Position numbers and translations under genes: made by a program. 64,000 bases of DNA from Octopus sinensis (lineage: Eukaryota), in NCBI RefSeq assembly GCF_006345805.1, contig NC_043005.1, forward strand, positions 92,380,001-92,444,000. Direction: 5' to 3'. The number at the start of each line of letters is the position of its first letter. Within the stretch, counting starts at the first letter, position 1. The notes below the pieces were generated by a model. It was not told where the DNA came from and searched no databases. It was given only the letters and a program-made list of their open reading frames with translations. Positions 19,101 to 29,757 of this stretch are shown piece after piece.

Positions 19101-22100
19101 TATACATATACATACATACACATATATATACATACACATACATACACATATATATACATACACATACATACACCATATATATACATACAACATACATACA
19201 CATATATATACATACACATACATACACATATATATACATACAATACATACACATATATATAACATACACATATATATACATATATATACATACACATACT
19301 ATATACATATATATACATACACATTATATACATATATATACATACACATATATATACATATATATACATACACATTATATATACATATATAATTAACACC
19401 ATATATATACATATATATACATACACATATATATACATATATATACATACACTAAATACATATATATACATACACATATATATACATATATATACATACA
19501 CATATATATACATATATTACATACACATATAATACATATATAACATACACATATATATACATATATATACATACACATATATAACATATATATACATACA
19601 ACATTATATATACATATACATACATACACATATATAACATATACATACATAACATATATATACATAACATACATACACATATATATACATACACATACAT
19701 ACACATACACATATACACATATATATACATACACATACATACACATATATATACATACCATACATACACATATATATACATACACATACATACACATAAT
19801 ATACATACACATACATACACATATATATACATACACATACATAACATATATATACATACACATACATACACTATATACATACACATACATACACATATAT
19901 ACATACACATACATACACATATATACATACACATACATACACATATATACATACACATACATACACATATATACATACACATACATACACATATATACAT
20001 ACACATACATACACATATATACATATATATACATACACAATATATACATATATATACATACACATATATATACTATATATACATACACATATATATACAA
20101 TATATACATACACATATATATACATATATATACATACACATTAATAAATACACCATAATACATACCATATATACATACATATACATAAACCACATATATA
20201 CATACACATATTATACATACACAATATATACATATATACATACACATATATATACATATATATACCATACACATAATATACATATATATACATACCACAT
20301 ATATTAAATATATATACATACACATATATATACATAATTATATACATACACATATATATACATACACATATATATACATACACATATATATACATACACA
20401 TATATATACATACACATAATATACATACACATATATAATCACACATATATATACATACACATATATATACATACACACATATATATACATACACATATAT
20501 ATAACATACACATATATATACATACACATATATATACATATTATACATACACATATATATACATACACATATATATACATATATATACATACAATATATA
20601 TACATATATATACATACACATATATATACATTATAACATTATATATACCATATATACACATAATACATATATATACACATATATAACATTACACATATAT
20701 ATACATATAATACATACACATATTATACATATATATACATACACATATATATAACATATATAACATACACATAATATACATATATATACATACACATATA
20801 TATACATATATATACATACACATATATATACATATATATACATACACATAATACATATATATACATACACATATATATACATATATATACATACACATTA
20901 TATAACATAATATAACACATATATTACATACACATACATATATACATATATATACATACACAATATACACTATATATACATACAACATATATATACATAT
21001 ATTACATACCACATATATATAATATATATACATACACATATATATAATATATATACATACACAATATATATTATATACATACACATATATATACACTAAT
21101 ACATACACATATATATACATATACATATACATACACATATATATACATATACATACATACACATATATATATATATACATACACCATATATACACATATA
21201 TATACATACACATATATATACATACACATATATATACATACACATATATATATACATATATATACATACACATATATATACATACACATATACATACACA
21301 TATATATACATAACATACATACACATAACTATACATACACATATTATACATATATATACATACACATATATAATACATATATATACATACACATATATAT
21401 ACATATATATATACACATATATATACATATATATACATACCATATATTATACATATATAATACACACACATTATAATTACATATAATACATATACACATA
21501 TATATACATATATATAACATACACATATATATACATATATATACATACACAAATATATATACATATATTATACATACACATATATATACATTATACTATA
21601 ATAAACATTATATACATATATATACATATACAAATACATATATATACATATATATACATACACATATATATACATACACATATATATACATATATATACA
21701 TACACATATATATACATACACATATATATACATACACATATATATACATACACATACATACACATATATATACATACACATATATATACATATATATACA
21801 TACACATATATATACATACACATATATATACATATATATACATACACATATATATACATATATATACATACACATATATATACATATATATACATACACA
21901 TATATATACATATATATACATACACATATATATACATATATATACATACACATATATATACATATATATACATACACATATATCTAATATATATAATACA
22001 CATTATATACACATATTATACATATATATACATACACATATATATACATATATATACATACACATTATATATAATATAATACATACACAATATATATACA

Positions 22101-25100
22101 TATATATACATACACATATATATACATATATACATACACATATATATACATATATATACATACACATATATATACATATATATACATACACATATATATA
22201 CATATATATACATACACATATATATACATACACATATATATACATATACATACACATATATCATCATCATCATTCATTCATTTAGCGTCCGTTTTCCATG
22301 CTAGCATGGGTTGGACGGTTCAACTGGGGTCTGGGGAGCCCGAAGGCTGCACCAGGCCAGTCAGATCTAGCAGTGTTTCTACAGCTGGATGCCCTTCCTA
22401 ACGCCAACCACTCCGAGAGTGTAGTGGGTGATTTTATGTGCCACCGACACAGGTGCCAGACGAGGCTGGCGAACGGACACGCTTGGATGGTGTTTTTTAT
22501 GTGCCACCGACACAGGTGCCAGACGAGGCTGGCAGACGGCCACGCTCGGATGGTGTTTTTATGTGCCACCGACACAGGTGCCAGATGAGGCTGGCGAACG
22601 GCCACGATCGGATGGTGTTTGCTACGTGCCCGCAGCACGGAGGCTGGTCGATGAGGTACTGGCTACGGCCACGTTTGGATGGTTTTCTTGTGTGCCACCG
22701 GCACTGGTACCTCAAAGATACAATTTCCATTGATGTTCATCTATTTTGATTTGTTTTCACTTGCCTCAACAGGTTTTCACAAGTGTCACAAGAAGGAAGG
22801 TATGCACAGGTGGACTGACTACGTCCCAGGTAGGGTCCACGGGTTATGGCCTGACTAGTCTTGCCGGGTCTTCGGATGGTGTTTTTATGTGCCAGATGAG
22901 GCTGGCGAAACGGCCACGATCGGATGGTGTTTGTTACTTGCCCACAGCACGGAGGCCAGTCGATGCGGTACTGGCTACGGCCACGTTCGGATAGTCTTCT
23001 TGTGTGCCACCGGCACTGGTACCACAAAGATACAAATTCCATTGATGTTCATCTATTTTGATTTGTTTTGATTTTCACTTGCCTCAAAAGGTCTTCACAA
23101 GTGTCACAAGAAGGAAGGAAGGTATGCACAGGTGGACTGACTACGTCCCAGGTAGGGGCCACGGGTTATGACCTGACTAGTCTTGCCGGGTCTTCGGATG
23201 GTGTTTTTATGTGCCAGGTGCCAGACATATATATACATACACATATATATACATAATTGATAGGTTGTTGCCCATTTAGGTGAACTTCGTCACCCACTCA
23301 CTATTTCTTCCTCTCTCTCCCCACACAAAAATGAAACATTCTGGCACCAAAAACAGATTTTCCCTTTGCAATTTTTGGTGTCGAAATTGGTTTCATTTTT
23401 GTTTGGGAAGAAAGAGTGAGTGAGTGGATGACAAAGCTTACCTAAACATTGAATGGCTAACAATCTATCAATTATATATATCATTATACATCATCACCAC
23501 TGTCAGTCATAGTTTAACGTCTGCTTTCCTTTCTAGCAGGGGTTGAACGGTTTGACTGAGGACTGGCAAGACAGGAAAAGCTATTTGGGATTATAATATA
23601 TCCAGTGAGTTTAAGAGGTAGGAAAAAGATATTTTGTTATTATACTTTTACTCCATTCCACTCATACACGCAAAAGCTTTTTTTTTTTTTAAGATGAATT
23701 TATCGTTTATCACTCCGCACTTCGTTATCATTAACTTCTATAACCTCTGCATTTTCACTTATTCATTTCAAACCTCTTTCAATTTTCAATCTAATGTAAT
23801 ACACACTTTCTTAAAAACGTATTTCTACAAAATGCCATCTAAAATTATGGGTAAAGAAAGAAATAGCAAAAAATATTTGAAAATGGGGATGGGAGGTGAA
23901 ATTTCCGAGGGTTCCACCTTACCCAAAAAAAATTTCCAATGATTTCGGGATATGAGGGAATCCAGTCCCCCCCCCCTCCCCCGAACAAAAGGGGTTTGCA
24001 GCATTTTAAGTCAGGGTACTTGATTCCATGCAAAAAATTCGAGTTTTTTTTTTTTTCTTAGTGAAAATCGTGCAGGTAAGGGGGGGGAAATTCCGAGGCT
24101 TCCACTTCACCCCACCCCGTTTCGCGAACCCCCAAAAAGAGTTTTGTAGCATATTAGGTCACCGGAATTCATTCAACGAAAAAGAAAAATTTCCAATGAT
24201 TCCGGTATATGGGAGGGATATGCCCCCCCCCCTTCCGAACAAAAGGAGTTTGCAGCATATTAGGTCAGGGTACTTGATTCCACGCAAAAAATACGAGGTT
24301 TTTTTTCTTCTTCTTAGAGAAACTCGTGCGGGTGAAAGGATCAAATACCTATTTCCCCACCACCACCACTAAGTAAATTCCCAGGTAAACGTTTCTAATA
24401 CAAAGGCAGAAGACACCAGTTGCAAAAATAAGGAATATACACGCACAGTTAACTATAGAAGTGTAAAGTATAATTTGATACATGATCTCTATAATAAACA
24501 TATTGAAATGATTCCCCGTTCGAACGTTTTTAATTACGTGTGTGTAGAAATCTACGGATGCACAAACGTACAAAACAGAAAATGAAACAAATATGGACGA
24601 CTTGTTCCGTAACATCCTCGAGTGGGGAACGGTTTTCAAAAGTAACCCTCAAAATTCCTATGTCTGCGGAATCTACATAGTCCTAGGTATATTTGTAGAA
24701 GATTTCATTAAAAAATATCCATTTTCCTGAAAGTTATGATCATCCAAAGTCGGGGGAGGGCAGAAATCGGCATAACTACAGATTTCTGCCCCGCCGACTT
24801 TGGATGGTCATAACTTTCAGAAAAATGGATATTTTGTGAATTAAATTTTCTACGAATGTGTTATATCATGTAGATTTCGAATATACAAAACTTGCGGGGG
24901 GGGGGGTAATTTCGGAAAATTCACCGGAGTCCAATTCAATTCGTCTTAACTTTCAAGAAAATGGATATTTTTTAACGAAATTCTCTACAAATATACCTCG
25001 GACTATGTAGATTTCGAGAACAGGAATTTTGGGGGAAAACTAGGGGTTATTCTTGAGAACCGTTCCCCACTCGGGGATGTTACGGAACAAGTCGTCCATA

Positions 25101-27387
25101 TTTGTTTCATTTTCGTTTTGTGCGTTTATGCATCCGTAGATTTCTACCACATAATTAAAAAAGTTCAAACGGAGATTTCATTCAATATCCTGTTTACTAT
25201 AGAGATTATGTAACAAATTCGGCAATCTTTCGTCTCTAGTAGACCTTTCCGTCGATTTCCGTAAAAAATTTTTTTTTTTACATATGGGCTTGCGGGAACT
25301 TTTGAAGTAATGAGAGCGAAAGATACTAAGAGAAAGCGATTTTATGACGAGGGAATTTGTTTTGAAGTTACCGTGCATGGGAGCATTGATGTACATGTGT
25401 GTGTGTGTGTGTGCGTGCGTGTGTTTGATGGGGTGTGGGAGACAGACAGTATGTTGTGTAAGTGAAGTGCTTCTGTTAGTGTGTGTGAAGAGACAGAGTA
25501 ATGTGTGAAAGAAAGATGTATGTATATTACTTCAAAAGTTCCCGCAAGCTCATATGTAAAAAAAAAAATTTTTTACGGAAATCGACGGAAAGGTCTACTA
25601 GAGACGAAAGATCGCCACAAATTCTACTTTGATATATATGATACAAAATGAGACAAGAACACCCAGGCAGTTAGGTGATACAAGAAACAGACAACTAAGC
25701 ATCCAGGAAGATGATACAAAGAAAACAAGGACGGGTCATCAATAAAATTTAACTGTGTGTATATTATCTTGGCTTCTGGTGTCTTCTACCTTTCTATTAG
25801 AAAAGTTTACCTGGGAATTTACTTTACCTTCGTCCCTTAAACCATTGAGATTTACTAGAGTCACCTTAGCAGACTGAATTTAAATTTTTCGCTGTCCCTA
25901 TAACCCATTAAGTTTCAATCCAGTACATTAAAAAAAAATCAATATTATCACACTTCAGTTAAAAAAAAAAGCGTTGAAACAATCTAAGTTGATTAAAATA
26001 GTCCAATGAGTGATTAGAATAAAAAATTTAAGGAAAAATAAAAACTATTGTGCAATGAAAGAGTGATAAATAACCAAAGGTCAAGATTAAGAAAACAATT
26101 GTGAAGGGAAAGGATATGAATGTGACAGTTAATCTTATCTTCAGAACTATTTTATGACTGGCTGAGAGTGGATTATCTATCACTGGCTTTTTAATAATAC
26201 ATTATTACACAAGCATACGGCACAATAAACTGAGAACACTCCAAAAGAAATCTAAAAGAAAAAAAAAAATAAAGCTAGTATGTCAACACATTTAAAATCA
26301 AATTTCTGCTGTATTACTGTAATTAAGGAGCAAATATACAAATGTGATTAAAGGAAAAGAGAGAGCGATAGAAATTAAAAGAATATTCAATATGGATGCA
26401 GTGGGGGGCAGGAGAGAAGATTCTACAAAGTAGGGAAACTGTCAGCTGTGTGAACTGTGTCCAGTTTAAATCGTATTAAAACTTGCCCACACAAATTAGT
26501 ATACAACACGTGATTTAAATCCCATGACAAATGACACCTGCTTGCTTTGAAAATGACGTCGCAAGATAAGCTAGCTTGAGTCAAAAAAATTTTTTTCAAC
26601 CACCAAATTTTATTTACAACCGGGATATACTACAGAAACTTTGATTACGAAGTTACAAAAGTCGAAATAAATTTTCCGCAGCCAGGTTGATTTTATATAG
26701 TTAAACCTAAACAATTAAGAAAAAAGGGGGTGATGTACACATTTAATACATATGAAAGAAACAAGGTGTTCAGAATGCTGGATGGTTGTAAAATATATAT
26801 ATTTATTTACATATCACATTATTTCTTTCAACTACTCCTTTAGTTTCATCAGAAATGTCAGTTTGTAGAGTTTTGCCTGTATTTATATTATTGGTAAATA
26901 ATATAAATACAGGCAAAACTCTACAAACTGACATATATATATATAGAGAGAGAGATAGATAGATATGAACAAATCAATATGTAACAAAATTTATGAGAAT
27001 TTTAGAAGTGATAAAAAAAATATAGGCACAACGAGTTTTCTGTATTGTAGACAAGTGTGAGGTGGGTGTTAACAATACACTAGTTGTAGGACAAATGGAA
27101 AATTGCGTAATTAACCACCAGCCAGGTCATATTACATAAAATAAAGCCAAACCAAGGCTGGCCTATTACATAGTATAAATATGTAAGCCAGTATAAAAAC
27201 AATAATTCTCATTAGTAATATTGATTTTAAATAAAGAAAGCGTTTACATAATGCTTTGCTGTTGTTATTTTTAAATCTAATGACTCGTTTTTTTTAAAAT
27301 TATAATTATTATACCCAATAAATAAATAAAAAGATAATTGAGCTACTTACAAATCAAAACAGCAACACATATCAGGATCGCCTTCAT
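1734..27387 (-). CDS. LAMP1: LAMP-family lysosome-associated membrane glycoprotein (LAMP1-like tail, CD68/LAMP3-like architecture), 5 exons, about 324 aa
   Basis: Exons 27351-27387, 4736-5190, 4119-4296, 3866-4027 and 1734-1876 all have GT/AG boundaries with matching phases (1,0,1,1) and total 975 nt. The protein is [19 protein letters not shown] (signal peptide), Thr/Ser repeats, a LAMP domain with 4 Cys (HCIV, GSCS, FVCK, HICVED) and many N-x-S/T sites, [26 protein letters not shown], and tail [11 protein letters not shown] (GYxxPhi lysosomal signal). Exon 1 assignment is less certain than exons 2-5. Confidence 0.9.
2272..2880. mobile_element. Degenerate Tc1/mariner transposon fragment, internally rearranged
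   Basis: TA followed by a mariner-type end CATAGTCTGATCAATAAGTATCC. Plus strand encodes [12 protein letters not shown]; minus strand encodes EHSGRL...RITIHEL...[10 protein letters not shown] with stops. Confidence 0.8.
2904..3647. mobile_element. MITE with roughly 210-bp terminal inverted repeats and 8-bp TSD (Merlin-like termini)
   Basis: Arms about 2904-3115 and 3437-3647 are reverse complements; flanks GGCAACTC (2896-2903) and GGCAATTC (3648-3655); begins with GG. Confidence 0.85.
3866..4027 (-). CDS. LAMP1: LAMP exon 4
   Basis: TAG acceptor; [28 protein letters not shown]...ALGS; GTAAG donor. Confidence 0.9.
4119..4296 (-). CDS. LAMP1: LAMP exon 3
   Basis: CAG acceptor; [21 protein letters not shown]...GDHNL; GTAAGT donor. 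Confidence 0.9.
4736..5190 (-). CDS. LAMP1: LAMP exon 2 (mucin-like repeats and start of LAMP domain)
   Basis: T-rich tract plus TAG acceptor; encodes [10 protein letters not shown]...([10 protein letters not shown])n...[16 protein letters not shown]; GTAAT donor. Confidence 0.9.
4863..5178 (-). repeat. Coding 30-bp tandem repeat (about 11 units, VVTT[D/E][K/T]SSTP)
   Basis: Plus-strand unit cagttgtcacaacaggggtgct(c/t)gac(t/g)t(g/t)t; four TTDKSSTP units, three TTETSSTP units and degenerate flanking units. Confidence 0.97.
6467..6857 (+). mobile_element. Non-autonomous Helitron
   Basis: A|TC 5' end, subterminal hairpin CCCGAGCAACGTCGGG, CTAG|T 3' end; second copy at 28204-28532. Confidence 0.85.
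7211..7588 (+). mobile_element. 5'-truncated RTE-like LINE 3' end nested in a SINE
   Basis: Encodes [17 protein letters not shown]...RRVQFAGHC...(RTE-type C-terminus), (TGAA)n tail, TSD ATGGGGA at 7204-7210 and 7589-7595; SINE-like sequence on both sides (about 7030-7715). Confidence 0.8.
8832..9470 (+). mobile_element. RTE LINE 3' end fragment
   Basis: Matches 32620-33117 ([10 protein letters not shown]-like end, 3' UTR, GAT-type tail); abuts the microsatellite. Confidence 0.85.
9472..22260. repeat. Giant compound (AT/AC)n microsatellite, interrupted by a SINE at 17884-18298
   Basis: Near-continuous alternation of A with C/T on the plus strand, with local higher-order units. Confidence 0.99.
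17884..18298 (+). mobile_element. tRNA-derived SINE (full length)
   Basis: A-box TGGCTGTGTGG, B-box GGTTCAGTTCC, internal (TA)/(TG) tract, AAAAG tail. Related copies at about 7895-8146(-), 29545-29929(-), 39535-39690(-), 47383-47545(+), 55570-55860(-) and 60709-60880(+). Confidence 0.9.
22261..23225 (-). mobile_element. RTE LINE 3' UTR copy with internal ~60-bp and ~300-bp tandem duplications
   Basis: (CAT)n tail followed by the conserved LINE 3' end; unit gtgccaccgacacaggtgccaga... repeated; about 22580-22885 duplicated at about 22890-23215. Confidence 0.85.
23600..24345. repeat. Unclassified dispersed repeat with internal tandem duplication
   Basis: Reverse-complement similarity to about 8300-8665; block aatttccaatgatt...tcagggtacttgattcca occurs twice (about 23931 and 24189). 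Confidence 0.7.
24371..25824. mobile_element. Foldback (long-TIR) DNA element
   Basis: Ends AAGTAAATTCCCAGGTAAAC and GTTTACCTGGGAATTTACTT; internal arms about 24485-24730 and 24945-25207 are also inverted. Confidence 0.8.
25221..25616. mobile_element. Merlin-like MITE nested in the foldback element
   Basis: About 90-bp TIRs starting GGCRATC; perfect 8-bp TSD ACAAATTC (25213-25220, 25617-25624); central (TG)n. Confidence 0.88.
26855..26934. repeat. Perfect inverted repeat, 38-bp arms with 4-nt loop
   Basis: [47 protein letters not shown] reverse complement. Confidence 0.97.
27351..27387 (-). CDS. LAMP1: LAMP exon 1 (signal peptide [12 protein letters not shown])
   Basis: AAAATGAAG start, hydrophobic run and a GTAAGT donor in phase 1, matching the phase-1 acceptor at 5190. 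Lies next to the promoter region. Confidence 0.75.
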
Positions 27388-27742
27388 TTTGGAGTGCAAT
27401 TAATGATCAAATCAGTGGTGACGCCTTCAAATTGGTCGACGAGGAAACTGAAGGGTTAAAATATGACATGAATTAGAAGCAGTAGAAAAATAAAGGATTG
27501 TTTTTAATGGATGTCGACAAATGTTACATCATGTCAGAGAAAAATAGAAAGTGGAATATATTAAAAGAAAAAGGGAACCCAAACTACTGCTCCTACCTTT
27601 TTCCCGATTTCACTCCGAATCGCAGAGCAACTCTGATGAAAGCAGCTGAAATCACGTGAATACTTATCTTCACGTGACAGCACGACTGCGCACGCATCCA
27701 CTTCCACTTCCTCTCTAAATGTCTATAACTTCCGGCGTGGCG
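27388..27742. promoter_or_regulatory. Bidirectional promoter and 5' UTR region shared by LAMP and COPS9, with two CLEAR-type E-boxes
   Basis: Divergent ATGs flank a 355-bp interval with local CpG enrichment. TCACGTGA at 27652-27659, TCACGTGAC at 27670-27678, NRF1-like TGCGCACGCA at 27687-27696, ETS-type ACTTCCGG at 27728-27735. Confidence 0.7.
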
Positions 27743-27811
27743 ATGAATTCTGCGGTCGTTGCTGATGAAATGTTTCCCGAAGGGGTCGGCACCTATATGG
27801 ATATCGAAGAG
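27743..27811 (+). CDS. COPS9: COPS9 exon 1
   Basis: [28 protein letters not shown] donor. Confidence 0.93.
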
Positions 27812-29714
27812 GTATGCCCCCTTGCAAAGAAGCACTTTTCTCTTTTGTTGTTCTTCACGCTGCTATAACATTCGCTTATAAAGAGTATCTCCAGGTGGCT
27901 TTGTAAGAGTCGCCAAGTTACATGGCTAAATACACTGGCAAAAATGTTTATATTTTGTACAAATTCCTACGTGGGAGAAAATGCAGTAACGGTTTTGTAA
28001 TGGGTCTGATGAGATTAAGAAAACCCCTGATTGACATTAAGCTTTGGTTGATGGCATGAAGTCTTGGATGGGTTCCTAGAGCAGATGTCAACAAATAAGA
28101 GTTATGCACCCTTCGATGGAATGTGTTTGCTAGGACAATATTCTTAATTAGCCGGTCCCGTGCCGTCAAAAATGACGGCTAATTGTAGTAATTTATAAAT
28201 ATACTAGCAGTATCGCCCGGCGTTGCTCGGGTTTGTTTCGACCCTTATGAATTGGAATTTTTGAAAAGTAAAAATTTTGCATTATGTAGCTTGTTATTTT
28301 CTTCAAGTTGAAATACACCGAATAATGACGACACAGCAGTCAAAAAATCATTAAAAAATAGGAATTTTCATAGATTTGGTCCGATTTGAATTTTTTCTTC
28401 TACGGAAGGAAGAGCAAGCCTTCTTCTATCATACTCTCAATTTTGGTCAACTTGCGCCGCAGGGTCTCGGAAGAGAGTGTTAGTTGAAGGCTACCAAACC
28501 TGCCACACACACACACTTCAGCTTTATATATAATTTTTTGACACCATTTTCAACTGAGAACTCCTTAAAAAGGCACACTCAAAACTGCTAGAATTTGCAT
28601 TTTTCAAGCTAGAGAATTCAAACTTGCTCCAATCGATTCAGGAAACTTTTCTACGTATATGCTCATATTTTGTTTTTCGAAAAACTCCCCTATTTTTCCG
28701 TCGCATTCGCGCAAACACGTGCACAGTCACGCGTAGGATCCAACATGTTGCGTGAATAAAACTCAAGGCAATAGTGTATGACATCCACTCACTCGCAGAA
28801 AATGCATTGTTTCGGGTCTTTGTTATCGAGATAGAGACTTGAAACCTACTCTGGCCGTAATTACACCACGCCTTCTATAGGTGTGTAAATTTTCAGCTCG
28901 ATCCTAGCACGTCTAGTGCCATTGAATCCTTGCCAAAGTCTGCAAGTTTTTTTCCTCTTTTATATAGGTAGAATATGAATGGTAAATCAAATTAATACAC
29001 TTGTCAATGTTCACATACATTCACATAGTTCCCTTGCACACATAAACATATAATCACGCAGAGTTGAAACGCGGTTAGATTTTTTTTTTTCAGTGTTGAA
29101 TGTTCACCATCCCACTTCCAGTTTGATATCATCCCTTCCTTTCTAATTCATATGTTGTGACGGAGAAAAAACATAAGAGTATTATCATAGTAGATTATGA
29201 AACCTACATACACCTCGTCATTTTTGTTAGTAATTAACAGAATTACGTGTTACTTTCTCATGGTTTCCAACCATACGGTCTTACGACTCGTGTCTTTTTT
29301 TCTCTCTGTGGAGGGGTGACGGAGCATTATTATTTTCCTTTTATGGTCGAGGGAAAAAAATCAAATTGTCGAACTTTGGATTTGACAGCTGTGATATAAT
29401 ATTAATGGAAGGGTTTGTTTATGTTTGGTAACAGAATCGCTGAAACTTTATTGCCAGTTACTAAATTAGGAAGTATTATTCACTGCTATTATTAGCCATA
29501 TAAGAATTTAAGCTAAATGTAGCACCTCCATTTTCACATGCAAATACTCTTTTACTTGTTTATTCTTTATTCGACCCCAGGATTTATTCTTTGTAAGCCT
29601 AGTACTTATTCTATCGGTCTCGGTCTCTTGCTGAACCGCTAAGTTACAGGGACGTAAACACCATCGGTTGTCAAGCGATGTTGGGGGGTACAAACACAGA
29701 CACACAAACATACG

Positions 29715-29757
<43 letters not shown>

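Noticed and set aside
9422-22277. Very long ORFs (up to 1553 aa) of C/V/Y/M/I or H/T/Y/I
   Set aside because: All stop codons are pyrimidine-purine-purine and cannot occur in an alternating purine/pyrimidine repeat, so several frames stay open at once; there is no other coding evidence.
22430-23220. Regularly spaced ~60-bp repeats resembling a CRISPR array
   Set aside because: The intervening segments are similar to each other, the repeats belong to a LINE 3' UTR, the context is eukaryotic and no cas genes are present.
25828-25873. Possible extra LAMP exon [15 protein letters not shown] (and another at about 6880-6919)
   Set aside because: The first has a weak pyrimidine tract, and both have phases incompatible with exon 1 unless further unsupported microexons are assumed.
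27593-27835. 80-aa minus-strand ORF over the promoter
   Set aside because: Antisense to COPS9 exon 1 with no recognisable motifs.
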